Shown: positions 9,850 through 20,517, counted from the first letter of the stretch. The stretch is DNA of 39,300 nt from Nitrososphaeraceae archaeon (GCA_035297365.1 DATGZA010000050.1:1-39300), one strand, 5' to 3'. The notes: a model not told the origin generated them from the letters alone. Numbers and translations are program-made.

Positions 9850-10353
9850 ATGAGTAACATTAATTCTAAAAAAATCAATATAGGACTAGATGATGGATCA
9901 GTTGAAAAAATAACTGGAATATTGAATTCTACTCTAGCCGATGAATATTTACTATTAACCAAGACAAAGAATTATCATTGGAATGTAGTCGATCCACGAT
10001 TTAATGATCTACACAAATTTTTTGACGAACAATATGGTCAAATATCTGAAATTGTAGATGAAGTAGCAGAGAGAGTGAGATCGATCGGGGGAAAAACTAA
10101 AGCAACTATGACAGAATTTTTACAAATAACTAGATTAAAAGAAGATCCCGCTGAATATCCAAATATTTTTACCAGTGCAAACAGAATGCTTGAAAATTTG
10201 TTAAATGATCATGAAACTATTATACGACAACTGAGAAAAGATTTAGAAACTTGTGATCAACTTGGTGATGCAGGAACTACAGATTTCTTGACAGGAATAA
10301 TGGAAGAACATGAAAAGATGGCTTGGATGCTCAGATCTTTTCTGGAATCCTAA
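9850..10353 (+). CDS. dps: Dps family DNA protection protein (mini-ferritin)
   Basis: NYHWNV, LHKFFDEQY, DEVAERVR ferroxidase motifs, HEKMAWML. Confidence 0.95.
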   Translation: MSNINSKKINIGLDDGSVEKITGILNSTLADEYLLLTKTKNYHWNVVDPRFNDLHKFFDEQYGQISEIVDEVAERVRSIGGKTKATMTEFLQITRLKEDPAEYPNIFTSANRMLENLLNDHETIIRQLRKDLETCDQLGDAGTTDFLTGIMEEHEKMAWMLRSFLES

Positions 10354-10499
10354 TATCTTATTTGTATGAAGATAACCTTTTTTTGTATTTTTCATTTTTA
10401 TTCTTCTTTGTATGACTTTTCTAAAAAAGTATGTCCGTCATAATCTTATCGCATAAACCTTTAGAAAAACTTTTTAGTAAAGTTTTCTAACACTTGATT

Positions 10500-10979
10500 A
10501 TGCAACACAAAAGGAATTTAGGAATCTTAATGATGGGCTCTATTGTTGCCATCTCATTCTTAGCAGCTGGTAGCATCATAGTCTCTAACGCGAATGCCCA
10601 ACCAATGAAAATGAACAATATGACAAGTGCTCCACAAGCAAATTGGACCGGTTCTATAGATATAATATCAGTAATTAGAAATGCTTTTGACCCTCTTATT
10701 CAGATAACTCTATCTGATGCAACATCTGCTGCACAACAGCATGTTGGTGAAAAATCATCTGCGATAGCTTCATTTATTCATCCAGTAAATGGATACCTAG
10801 TTTACATTACATATGTTATAGATGCAAATAATCAAGTTATAAAGGTAATAACTGACGCCGGAAATGGACAGATATTGGAAACTAGTCAGATGACAATTGA
10901 GGAATTCATGCACAAGGTCCATTCTGGTATGAAATCAATGCCGGGTCAAATGGGCATGATGGGTGCAATGGAAAAATAA
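10500..10979 (+). CDS. Exported PepSY-like domain protein with Met/His-rich ends
   Basis: Signal peptide ending ANA; ITLSDA..AA and VITDAGNGQIL PepSY pattern; Met-rich N- and C-terminal segments; start TTG 10494 or ATG 10500. Confidence 0.75.
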   Translation: MQHKRNLGILMMGSIVAISFLAAGSIIVSNANAQPMKMNNMTSAPQANWTGSIDIISVIRNAFDPLIQITLSDATSAAQQHVGEKSSAIASFIHPVNGYLVYITYVIDANNQVIKVITDAGNGQILETSQMTIEEFMHKVHSGMKSMPGQMGMMGAMEK

Positions 10980-11056
10980 CCTCATTCACTTCTTTTTTTG
11001 ATCGGAAAACAATATAATTACAAAACTTATCTTCAAAAAATATTGTTATTTAACTG

Positions 11057-11863
11057 TCATTCTCTTTTTTCATTCATTATGTTATCTGGTTTAACCATCG
11101 GAAAGATCTTTCTTGCAAATATCAGATATGTCGTATGACCAATCATTCTCATAGATGGTCTTGACATTCCTTCTCTCGCCTCTATATTTCTAATTAAGAT
11201 CTCTACACATTCTATGTCTGTAAAATTATTATCTTTTAACGCAATAGCTGTCTTTTCAGCCTGATTCATAGTTGGACATATTGCTAGAAAAGCCCCACTC
11301 CCTTTCAATGCTTTGTATACCTCTTCTACTAGTGTCCAAGGATCTCCCAGATCTACAATTGCGACATCCATATCTGTTAAATCAAGACCCTCATGGACAT
11401 CGTATTGATGCATTGTTACAAATCCATCGATTTTTGCTTTGATCATATTTTTCTTGGCAATTTTCATAAATTCAGGGTTGACATCGTAAGTAAATATATG
11501 GCCATTTGGTTTAACTATGCTAGCAAGAAAAGTAGTTAAAGCCCCACTCCCTGTTCCAATTTCTAATACTTTGGAACCATTCTGGATTCCTGTTCTTATG
11601 GCAATGAAACCCAGGTCTTTGGGATAAACTATCTGAGTATTTCTCTCAGATTTCATAACAAAATCATGAATAGTTGGCTCTATCAAATAGATCTTTTTTT
11701 CTAAACTCGTCATTACGGTCGCTCCATATTCCATTCCCAATATTAAAGACAGATCTATTATGCCAAGATGGGTATGCATCTTTTTATCTTGTTCTGCTTT
11801 TAATAACCATTTTTTTCTCGGACTATGGAATAGTAGGACGTAACTTCCTTCTGTTATCTTCAT
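11057..11863 (-). CDS. trmI: tRNA (adenine-N1)-methyltransferase
   Basis: HTHLG, TQIVYPKD, VLEIGTGSGAL, DLGDPW, MIGHTTYL. Confidence 0.93.
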   Translation of the reverse strand: MKITEGSYVLLFHSPRKKWLLKAEQDKKMHTHLGIIDLSLILGMEYGATVMTSLEKKIYLIEPTIHDFVMKSERNTQIVYPKDLGFIAIRTGIQNGSKVLEIGTGSGALTTFLASIVKPNGHIFTYDVNPEFMKIAKKNMIKAKIDGFVTMHQYDVHEGLDLTDMDVAIVDLGDPWTLVEEVYKALKGSGAFLAICPTMNQAEKTAIALKDNNFTDIECVEILIRNIEAREGMSRPSMRMIGHTTYLIFARKIFPMVKPDNIMNEKRE

Positions 11864-11942
11864 ATTTTTCTATGATGTTTTTTTTCAATTAATATTTGTT
11901 ATATATGATAAATTGTTAGCGACTAAAAATTTGTTTGATTTT

Positions 11943-13976
11943 CTATATTCTTTTGAATGGTTCGATACCTAATAATAAAAATAGTGCTTTCAATACAATA
12001 GCAAATGAATTTACCAATGTCAGTCTCGCGATCATGATTTCTTTGTTTTGTTCATTCAGTACAGGAACACTTTCATAGAATATGTTGAACTTTGTAGCTA
12101 TTCTGTTGGAATACCGTGCGATAACTTTAGGACTAAGGGTTCGAAGCGCTTCTCCAACCATCATCTCATATTTGAGGATATCCTTTATCAATTCCTTTTC
12201 GATATCTTGATTTAACAAATGTAATTTTACATCCTCCTCTTTTTCAATATTTTCTCCTTTTTCTATAATTCTAATGGCTCTGGCATATGAATACTGTAAG
12301 TACAGGGACGTATCTCCATCAAGATTTAGTGCATCTTTGATGTCAAAAGTAATCATTTTTTCTAGATCCTGTTTAATTAAACTATATCTTAACGCTGATA
12401 CTGCTATTCCTTCAGCAATAACTTTAATGTCAGAATCAATCAAATGTGGATTTCTAGACTTTATTTCTACGAACGCTTTTCTACTCAACTCATCAATGAT
12501 GTTGTCTGCATTTACGAAAATTCCCTTTCTTCCTGACATGTGAATTATACGTTTGTCTTTATTTTGTGTTTGTATGCCCATCTCTTCAACCGTTTGATGG
12601 CTTAAAGCAACTGTTTCATATCCTAAATAATAATATCTTTGAGAATTGGTGTCCAGCTTTTGAATTATCTGAGAAATAATATTTTGTAAACGTGCTTGTC
12701 TTGTGTCTATTAATGTAATTACCTTGTCAGGTAACTGAGAAAAAATTTGATGGTCATCCTCTGTTCCTATCATATTACCATTTTTACTATTTTTGTTATT
12801 GTTATTGGTGTTGTCGTCATAGTCATCTTTTTTTTCTTTTAATAAGTTGTTATCATGAAAATTCTTTATGTGATCTAGAATGTCGGTCTTGAATAATTTA
12901 GTTCCATCCCATTGTTCGGCAAATACCGTATATACAAAGGGGTCTTTAACTAGACCCAACTTCCAAGTAGCATAAGGAATATCTTTGGCGATATAAGTAG
13001 CTGTACCATCACTTCTAACTATGACTTTTTCTTCTTCATTTTCTGGCTGAATTACCCAGCAGTCTTTATTTCTTCCCTCTCTGGTGTATCTAATTATTTC
13101 TCTTTCTTTCAACAAATTAAAAGTTTGTTCCCATAATCCAGAAACTAATATCTGTGATTCTATGTTTAAGATATCATATCTTGCTTTCATTCTCCAACAT
13201 GTTTTTAATTGTTCTAAGATAACTTTCTTCACGATATTCCATGTAAACGTAGATATCTCATTATTTCCTTTTTCAATCTCTTTGATTATCCATGTTCTTT
13301 TCTCGACCAGATTCGGCTTATTCTGATAGATCTCATTCATCTTTACATATATGTCTCCGCAATAGTGATCAAATTTGATATTTTTATCTGGAGGATCAAT
13401 TTCAAAGCCTCCAAATCGAAAAGCGACGATAATATCTGCAAACTGCACACCTGAATCATCGATATAGTTGAGGACTGTAACATGATGATTGGTAGATTTA
13501 AAAATCCTGTAAAGAGTGTCACCAATAACCATATTTCTCAAGTGTCCAATATGAATAGCCTTGTTTGGATTGACACTTGTGTGTTCTATAGTAATTCTTT
13601 GTCCTTTACCTACATTTAAAAATTGCACTTTTTCTTCATCTAATGTCTCTAGTAAGAACTTGCTGAATAACTCATAATTAATCTTAAAATTTATGTGTCC
13701 TGCAATATGCGCTTGTGCAGAAAGAACAAGAGATCTGCTCTCGTTACTATTAATATCGATTCTTGGAAGTAATACCTTTTCAACAATCTCATATGCTATA
13801 GAGCTAGGTTTTCTTTTTAATTTTTTTCCAAGCAAAAAAGCTATATTAGATGTTAAATCTCCAAATTCCTTTAATGGAGGTTCTGTAACGTCATATTCAA
13901 TAGGCGGATAATTTAATTCGGAAAATGATAACGATAACAAATTTTTAATTTCCTCAATAACTTTTGAAAATGTCAT
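11943..13976 (-). CDS. argS: Arginine--tRNA ligase
   Basis: EHTSVNPNKAIHIGHLRN, RSDGTATY, MSGRKG, YLQYSYAR. Confidence 0.97.
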   Translation of the reverse strand: MTFSKVIEEIKNLLSLSFSELNYPPIEYDVTEPPLKEFGDLTSNIAFLLGKKLKRKPSSIAYEIVEKVLLPRIDINSNESRSLVLSAQAHIAGHINFKINYELFSKFLLETLDEEKVQFLNVGKGQRITIEHTSVNPNKAIHIGHLRNMVIGDTLYRIFKSTNHHVTVLNYIDDSGVQFADIIVAFRFGGFEIDPPDKNIKFDHYCGDIYVKMNEIYQNKPNLVEKRTWIIKEIEKGNNEISTFTWNIVKKVILEQLKTCWRMKARYDILNIESQILVSGLWEQTFNLLKEREIIRYTREGRNKDCWVIQPENEEEKVIVRSDGTATYIAKDIPYATWKLGLVKDPFVYTVFAEQWDGTKLFKTDILDHIKNFHDNNLLKEKKDDYDDNTNNNNKNSKNGNMIGTEDDHQIFSQLPDKVITLIDTRQARLQNIISQIIQKLDTNSQRYYYLGYETVALSHQTVEEMGIQTQNKDKRIIHMSGRKGIFVNADNIIDELSRKAFVEIKSRNPHLIDSDIKVIAEGIAVSALRYSLIKQDLEKMITFDIKDALNLDGDTSLYLQYSYARAIRIIEKGENIEKEEDVKLHLLNQDIEKELIKDILKYEMMVGEALRTLSPKVIARYSNRIATKFNIFYESVPVLNEQNKEIMIARLTLVNSFAIVLKALFLLLGIEPFKRI

Positions 13977-14681
13977 TTATTTTATCTCACCAAGAAATTT
14001 TAATGCAATATGATCCAATGCTTCAACCAGGCCAGTGCCACTAGAGCCCTTTACTACGTAATCTGCCTTTGATTTAACATAGTCGTCTGAGTGATTAAGA
14101 GCTATACTATAACCGCAGTAGTCAAATAACGGAATGTCTGTTTCACTATCTCCGATTGCTATGGTTTCCGAAGGTTTAACATTTATTATTTGTAGTGCTA
14201 TACTAAATCCAAATGCCTTGTTTACATTTTTACTGTTAATGTGAAAAGAAAATTTACTATCTATTAAATTAAGATCAAGATTATTCTGATCAAAAATGTT
14301 TTGGGCAGTTTTAAGATCAAAAGATCTTTCCAAGACCACTTCTGAGAGTCTATTAAACACTCTTTTCATTCTTACCCCATTTAGAGATTTTTTAAGAATA
14401 TTATAACCTCTTACACATTCCTCTTTATTTCCTAATATTATATGTTCGGTCGGACCAGTCGTAACTACCCCACCGTTCTCTCCGACTGCAATTCTAGTAG
14501 TGCCTCCAAAAACAGCTAACACTAATGCTTCGACCGAGGAACGTCCCGTCACATATATTATTTTGTACCCTAATTTCTCTAGAGTTCTGAAATTTTGAAT
14601 TGCAGGTAAGTGTAACATTCCTCCACCATTTTCAGTCAGAGTACCGTCAATATCTATTGCAAAGACTTTAATTGCATCCAA
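13977..14681 (-). CDS. HAD-superfamily phosphoglycolate phosphatase (archaeal Cof/SPP type)
   Basis: DIDGTLT, VTGR, ENGG, VNKA, GDSETD; TTG start; stop abuts argS start. Confidence 0.88.
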   Translation of the reverse strand: MDAIKVFAIDIDGTLTENGGGMLHLPAIQNFRTLEKLGYKIIYVTGRSSVEALVLAVFGGTTRIAVGENGGVVTTGPTEHIILGNKEECVRGYNILKKSLNGVRMKRVFNRLSEVVLERSFDLKTAQNIFDQNNLDLNLIDSKFSFHINSKNVNKAFGFSIALQIINVKPSETIAIGDSETDIPLFDYCGYSIALNHSDDYVKSKADYVVKGSSGTGLVEALDHIALKFLGEIK

Positions 14682-14970
14682 TCAGGAAGAAATAAATTTC
14701 TTTAAGATATAAATTTATTTTAAATCATTTGTAGGAATAAATTCGAAAAAAAATCTCATCGATTATTTTTATAATTGTACAGGAACTATTTTCCATATAT
14801 CTGGTTTTCTAATTCAAAATAAATGATTATTAACAAATTGTCTGGGGAATGACATTTTCTATTTATGTATAAACAGATCCTTCTAAACATGGCTAGACGG
14901 AGCAGTCATTTTTAAGCGATTTTGTCCGGATTTATTGACCAGTGGACGTAACATTTTTTTATGAGAAATC

Positions 14971-16416
14971 CTAGTCTCTTCCCTTTACTTCTTCTCTGGA
15001 TCTAAATTTTGGCTTCATTCCTAAAGATGTGTAGTCTCCAGTAGAACAGGTAAAACACAATTCTCTTTCGGGAATTCCTATTGCTTTTGCAAGATTGGAA
15101 GTATCGTTATAAAATACCTTGTCCGCATCGATTAATTTTGCGATTTTTATGTTCAAATCTATTTTTTTCTTTTTTAGCGTATCGTCAAATTCATGATTAG
15201 CTAAAAGCTCTTCCCTAGAAGGAAAATCAATACCAGCATAACAAGGATACCTAACAGGAGGATATGTTATTATCATAATTATCTTTTTTGCTCCTGCGCT
15301 TCTTAAGGTTTGAATTATAGCTGCTGAGCTGGTGCCTCTAATAATGCTGTCATCAATAACGACAACATTTTTACCTTTTATTATATCTTCGATTGGCAAA
15401 ATTCCTTCATTAATTTCTACACGGTCCGCTTGATATGGTTCGATAAAACTACGTAGAACTCCCTTGCTAGAATGTCTGTCTTTTACTAATCCTTCTTCAA
15501 AGGGTAATCCCGTTTCTTGTGCATAACCTAGGGCTGCAGGTCTGGCAGAATCTGGAACAGGAATCACTACGTCAGCAGATTGTACAGGAAATTTCTTACC
15601 TAGATAGTGTCCAATTCTCTTTCTTGCTGCATAGATGTTGATACCTTCCATTATGCTAGACGGATGGGCGAAATATGTATATTCAAACGCACAATGTGCA
15701 TGGGGCTTTTCAGAAGAAAAGATCTGAGTTTCTAATCCATCAAAACTTAATTTAATCAACTCCCCAGGTTCTACATCTCTAACAAGAAATGCTCCCACTG
15801 CAGAAAACGCACATGATTCTGATGCTACTATGTATGTTTTGGTTTCTTTGTGGTAACCTAGGACCATCGGTCTAAATCCTTTTGTGTCCCTTGCAGCGTA
15901 TACATCACCTTTATCTGTCAAAAAAGTAAAACAGAATGAACCAATCATTTCTTGTTTTAAGATCTTGATTGATTCAAATAAGTTCATTTTATTCGAGAGG
16001 TGTTCAACTAGTCGCTTGGCAGCAACTAATGTATCACTCATTGTTTGAGGTGTAAATGTACACCCTCCCACCATGTTTGAAAGTTCCTCAACATTTGCTA
16101 TGGTTCCATTATGAGCAACACACAGATCTTTTACTTTCAAAGGTTGTGCATTTTCTATACTGCTTTTACCAAAGGTAGAATATCTTACATGACCTATTCC
16201 AGCATGAGATGTATATTTTCTAACTACATTATTAAAATGGTCAGCATAGCTTGAAACCAGGCCTAGTTGTTTAAACGGTTCTTTGTTTGGTATAGCTATT
16301 CCCCAAGCTTCTTGTCCTCTATGTTGTAATGATCTCAAACAATCAATTATAATTGGAATGACATTGTGGTGGTCAAGAGAGAAGGCGCCAACAACTCCAC
16401 AATTTTCTCTCAACAT
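14971..16416 (-). CDS. purF: Amidophosphoribosyltransferase, [4Fe-4S] type
   Basis: ENCGVVG, LQHRGQ, GHVRYST, AHNG, VIDDSIIRGT, Fe-S Cys in CAFEY, PCYAGID, CFTC; start ATG 16416. Confidence 0.97.
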   Translation of the reverse strand: MLRENCGVVGAFSLDHHNVIPIIIDCLRSLQHRGQEAWGIAIPNKEPFKQLGLVSSYADHFNNVVRKYTSHAGIGHVRYSTFGKSSIENAQPLKVKDLCVAHNGTIANVEELSNMVGGCTFTPQTMSDTLVAAKRLVEHLSNKMNLFESIKILKQEMIGSFCFTFLTDKGDVYAARDTKGFRPMVLGYHKETKTYIVASESCAFSAVGAFLVRDVEPGELIKLSFDGLETQIFSSEKPHAHCAFEYTYFAHPSSIMEGINIYAARKRIGHYLGKKFPVQSADVVIPVPDSARPAALGYAQETGLPFEEGLVKDRHSSKGVLRSFIEPYQADRVEINEGILPIEDIIKGKNVVVIDDSIIRGTSSAAIIQTLRSAGAKKIIMIITYPPVRYPCYAGIDFPSREELLANHEFDDTLKKKKIDLNIKIAKLIDADKVFYNDTSNLAKAIGIPERELCFTCSTGDYTSLGMKPKFRSREEVKGRD

Positions 16417-16540
16417 GTAGACATACAAAATAAGTATGATCAATAAAATATTTTAACTATCGGTTTTTAACAAAAATTTGGACCTACCATTTAATTGAGG
16501 ATAACAGTCTCTAAATGATTTTACATTGAAATATGAAAAA

Positions 16541-18799
16541 TCAATTTTGATATATTATTTGCCTTTCCATTATCTCAGATATACTTTGATAACTTTTCTG
16601 TGCCTTTACAATATCGATATCTACGACTTTTTTATTTCTACTTTTGAAAATGATTTTTTCGGTTCTAATCTTTGATGCACCAGATGTTCCTATTTTCGAA
16701 AATCTTAGATTTTTTATCTTTTCAAGATAATTTTCTAATTTCTGAGGGTTTCTGGTACCAATAATAAACCTTGAAGGGTTTTCAGAGAAGAGCATATTAT
16801 CTAACCTCTTGCAGCTATTAGGGATACTATCTAAATCTATTTGAATGGTGCGTCCACTTCCAATTGCCATTTCAGACAATGCTATGGCAAGACCACCTTT
16901 AGAGCAATCGTGTGCACAACTAATCAATCCCTTCTTGATTGCTTCTAAAACTGTCTTTGAATTTAACGAATCTGTTTTTAGGTCCACGGTTGGAACTTTT
17001 CCTCCAGTTATTTTATGAACATATTCATAATATTCTGATCCGCCCATATCTTCAGTTGTATTTCCTATGACAAAGAGAACATCTTCCTCTTCCGGAGTAG
17101 ATTTCGTAATATATTTTCTATTTTCTATTAATCCTATCATTCCAATAACCGGAGATGGTTTTATAGCTCCTTTTTTTGTTTCATTATAAAAACTAACCTT
17201 TCCTCCTACTACGGGAATTTTATTAAATTTGCTAAATTTTATTATTGCTTCTATGCTCTTCTTAAATGTCCAAAATATTTCAGGATTTGTTGGATTGCCA
17301 AACTGAAGATGATCAACTATTCCAATTGGATTTGCACCAGAACAAATAATATTTCTTTTAGCCTCTGAAAGACATGATAGTGTTCCATGATAAGGATCAA
17401 GGTAACATATCTTCGAATTTCCATCCAGTTTTGATGCCAGGAACTTATCTTCGCTTAATTTTAGAACTGCAGAATCTGTTATTCCTGGTTTTAAAATTGT
17501 TCTTAATCCTATTTCTTGGTCGTATTGTTGGTATATCCACTGTTTTGAGGCTATCGTGGGATTCGAAAGGAGAGTTAAAAGGACAGAGCCAAGATCTTTA
17601 GGGATCTTTACTTTATTTTTTATCTTTTTCGCTCTTTCTAAATAAGACGGCTTTCTAATCTTTCTATTCAATAAAGGTGCATGCGCGATCAAAGTAGAAG
17701 GCATCTTTGCTAGTTGTTGTCCATCTTTTGATATAACAAGGTCCTTGTGACTTTTTACTTTTCCTATTATTGCAAAGGGGATTTCATATTTTTCAAATAT
17801 CTTTTCTAATTTCTTTAACTTTTGCTTATTGGTGATGAAGAGCATTCTTTCTTGTGATTCAGAAATCATTAATTCAGCCGGAATCATATCTGGATGTTTA
17901 GTAGGAATATGTTCCAATTCAATTTCGAATCCCTTTTCTAAATTACTGGAGGTCTCTGAAAGACAGCATGATAATCCGCCTCCTCCTAGATCTTTTACCG
18001 CCTTGATTAAATTATCTTCAATAGCCTCTCGCGTGACTTCCATAATTAATTTTTCTAGAAACGGATCTGGAATCTGTACTGCAGATCTGTCTTCCTCATT
18101 TTCTAGTTCTTTTGAAGCGAAAGACGCCCCATGAATTCCATCTCTTCCAGTTAACCCACCTGCCAAAATAATGAGATCGTTCTCCTCAACTTTATTTTGA
18201 ATTATCTTTTCCTTCCTTCCAAAACCGATGGAAGCTACATCTACCAAACAATAATTTTCAAATGAATTATCAAACTCTACCTCTCCAGAAATAGTAGGTA
18301 TTCCTATACAATTTCCGTAATCAGCTATTCCACGAACAACATTTTTTAACAACCATCTTGCATGAGAATATTTATCATTATTTTTAATTTTTTTTCCTGG
18401 ATTTCTTTTAAAAACATTGGAGCCATTATCTATGTCACTAAATCTCAAGGAATTCAAAAGAGCTATCGGCATAGTACCCATAGAAATAATGTCTCGAACC
18501 ACTCCGCCGACTCCCGTTGCAGCTCCTCCATAAGGCTCGACGGCAGATGGATGGTTATGGCTTTCTATATGAATTGTAATTACCTGATTGTCTCCTACAT
18601 CGATTACAGCTGCATCATAACCAGGACCAACAATAATTCTCTCTCCTTTGTTAGGAAGCAACCTGATGTATTTTTTAGAAGATTTATAAGAACAATGTTC
18701 GGACCATTCCGCACCTACCATCTCCTTTTCAAGATCGTTTGGTTTTCTACCTAATTTTTTTTGAAGATATCGTAATTCTGAGTTTGTTAATATATTCAA
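16541..18799 (-). CDS. purL: FGAM synthase large subunit
   Basis: WSEHCSYKSS, ESHNHPS, GAATGVGG, TGRDGIHGA, SESQERM, GGKVSFYN. Confidence 0.98.
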   Translation of the reverse strand: MNILTNSELRYLQKKLGRKPNDLEKEMVGAEWSEHCSYKSSKKYIRLLPNKGERIIVGPGYDAAVIDVGDNQVITIHIESHNHPSAVEPYGGAATGVGGVVRDIISMGTMPIALLNSLRFSDIDNGSNVFKRNPGKKIKNNDKYSHARWLLKNVVRGIADYGNCIGIPTISGEVEFDNSFENYCLVDVASIGFGRKEKIIQNKVEENDLIILAGGLTGRDGIHGASFASKELENEEDRSAVQIPDPFLEKLIMEVTREAIEDNLIKAVKDLGGGGLSCCLSETSSNLEKGFEIELEHIPTKHPDMIPAELMISESQERMLFITNKQKLKKLEKIFEKYEIPFAIIGKVKSHKDLVISKDGQQLAKMPSTLIAHAPLLNRKIRKPSYLERAKKIKNKVKIPKDLGSVLLTLLSNPTIASKQWIYQQYDQEIGLRTILKPGITDSAVLKLSEDKFLASKLDGNSKICYLDPYHGTLSCLSEAKRNIICSGANPIGIVDHLQFGNPTNPEIFWTFKKSIEAIIKFSKFNKIPVVGGKVSFYNETKKGAIKPSPVIGMIGLIENRKYITKSTPEEEDVLFVIGNTTEDMGGSEYYEYVHKITGGKVPTVDLKTDSLNSKTVLEAIKKGLISCAHDCSKGGLAIALSEMAIGSGRTIQIDLDSIPNSCKRLDNMLFSENPSRFIIGTRNPQKLENYLEKIKNLRFSKIGTSGASKIRTEKIIFKSRNKKVVDIDIVKAQKSYQSISEIMERQIIYQN

Positions 18800-18835
18800 G
18801 TAGAATAAAATACATATAATTTACCATTTATGAGC

Positions 18836-19519
18836 TTATTTTTTTAAATAGTTTATTAAAGATTCAAAAATTTTCATTGCCTCGTTATTAAGTCCAAATC
18901 CACTTACCTCTCTCTGACATGCTCTCTCAGGATGTGGCATCATTCCCATGACATTTCCAACCTCATTACAAACTCCTGCTATAGACTCAAACGATCCGTT
19001 AGGATTATCTTGCTGGTAACTGAATACTATTTGGTTCTTCTTTTTCAATTCCTTCAATCTCTCTTCTGAAATAACATAACGGCCCTCTCCATGAGCCAGA
19101 GGAATTTTAAAAACTTGTCCCTTCGTAAATTCATTAGTAAAAGGAGTAGTATTATTCTTTACTTGAATATCTGTCCACTTGCATACGAATTTGAGTGATT
19201 CATTCGTTATAAGGGCTCCAGGTAATAATTCTGATTCTACCAATATTTGAAATCCATTACAAATACCTAGAATCAAAGTACCTTCTTTTCCTAGTCTTTT
19301 TACTTCTCTAATTATGGGACTGTGTGCTGCAATAATTCCAGCTCGTAGTCTATCTCCATATGAAAAACCACCTGGGATTATTATGGCATCATAACCTGTT
19401 ACTTTCTCCTTGGTATGCCAAATAAAGTCAGTCTTTATTTTGAAGATATTTGAAATGACATGATAAACATCTTTATCACAATTACTACCAGGGAAGACAG
19501 CAATTCCAATTTTAAGCAT
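18836..19519 (-). CDS. purQ: FGAM synthase glutaminase subunit
   Basis: FPGSNCD, PGGFSYGD, GICNGFQ, AHGEG, MMPHPER. Confidence 0.98.
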   Translation of the reverse strand: MLKIGIAVFPGSNCDKDVYHVISNIFKIKTDFIWHTKEKVTGYDAIIIPGGFSYGDRLRAGIIAAHSPIIREVKRLGKEGTLILGICNGFQILVESELLPGALITNESLKFVCKWTDIQVKNNTTPFTNEFTKGQVFKIPLAHGEGRYVISEERLKELKKKNQIVFSYQQDNPNGSFESIAGVCNEVGNVMGMMPHPERACQREVSGFGLNNEAMKIFESLINYLKK

Positions 19520-19695
19520 TTGGATGTGTAAAATAGTTATTTGATAATAATTAATATTTTTGCGTAGCCTTATTTTAATTCGAGCTATTGTGGCACTATT
19601 TATGATGACATTGTAAAATATGAGAATGAATCTCTAATTTAGATAGGAATTGATAGAATTATAAGGATTTTCTTCTATTCTATCATTGACTGTCT

Positions 19696-20106
19696 GTGGC
19701 TGAACAAGTAAAGGATATCATGAGCAAAGATCTAGTTACTATCTCAAAGGAACGTTCTGCGTTAGAAGCTGCCAAGATAATGACAGACAAGGGAGTGAGT
19801 TCTCTAATAGTTTTATCTGGAGATCAACCAGTTGGTATTGTAACAGAAAGAGATTTTATCAAAAAGATTTGTCTTAAAGAACTACAATTATCAGAAGTTC
19901 AGATAGGACACATCATGTCAAAAATCAGAACTTATGCAACACCTGATACGTCTATAGAAGTAGCTGTTCAAAGAATGATAAATAATAGAATAAGAAGACT
20001 TCCCATAATAGATGATGATAAATTAGTTGGAATAGTTACCGTTACAGACTTGGCCAAACATCTGAGAACAATTTTGCTCTTAGATGGAGCCCTTTCTTTA
20101 CAATGA
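19696..20106 (+). CDS. Stand-alone CBS-pair protein
   Basis: VKDIM, VGIVTERD, IRRLPI, LVGIVTVTD; GTG start. Confidence 0.92.
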   Translation: MAEQVKDIMSKDLVTISKERSALEAAKIMTDKGVSSLIVLSGDQPVGIVTERDFIKKICLKELQLSEVQIGHIMSKIRTYATPDTSIEVAVQRMINNRIRRLPIIDDDKLVGIVTVTDLAKHLRTILLLDGALSLQ

Positions 20107-20247
20107 TTGTGCTATCAAGTTAAAAAATTTTTTAAATACGTTACATAGCAATCTATGGATCTTATCTAAAACATTGAAATGCTATCTTGGTTGAATTTTA
20201 ATAAAATTTGATTCAGATGTAAGATTCTATTTTTATTATTTTTACTT

Positions 20248-20517
20248 TTATTGATCCAAAATTGAAACCTTACAGTCGCTAACTATTGGATTGAATATTC
20301 TGAGATCGTCACACATTTTTTTTACTATTTCAGTAGCTTCATTGGCTGTTTCTGCATCTACGGTCAACTTTAAAACTTTTGCAGTTCTAACGGATTTAAT
20401 TTGCAGATATTGATTTTTTAAAATCAGATCTTGGAGTATCGTCTTTCCTTCAGGATCATTTATAAATTTTTTATTTTCAATAGTAACTAAAACTGTATAA
20501 TCTTTTCCCACTGACAA
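20248..20517 (-). CDS. purS: FGAM synthase small subunit
   Basis: DPEGKTI, VRTAK, MCDDLRIFNP; 89 aa; pur context. Confidence 0.92.
   Translation of the reverse strand: MSVGKDYTVLVTIENKKFINDPEGKTILQDLILKNQYLQIKSVRTAKVLKLTVDAETANEATEIVKKMCDDLRIFNPIVSDCKVSILDQ

Noticed and set aside
14886-14955. Slightly GC-richer patch and 23-aa minus-strand ORF after purF; possible sRNA
   Set aside because: No clear C/D boxes or stable stem found
17374-18754. Antisense ORFs within purL, and similar ones in argS, gap and r-protein genes
   Set aside because: Shadows of well-supported genes
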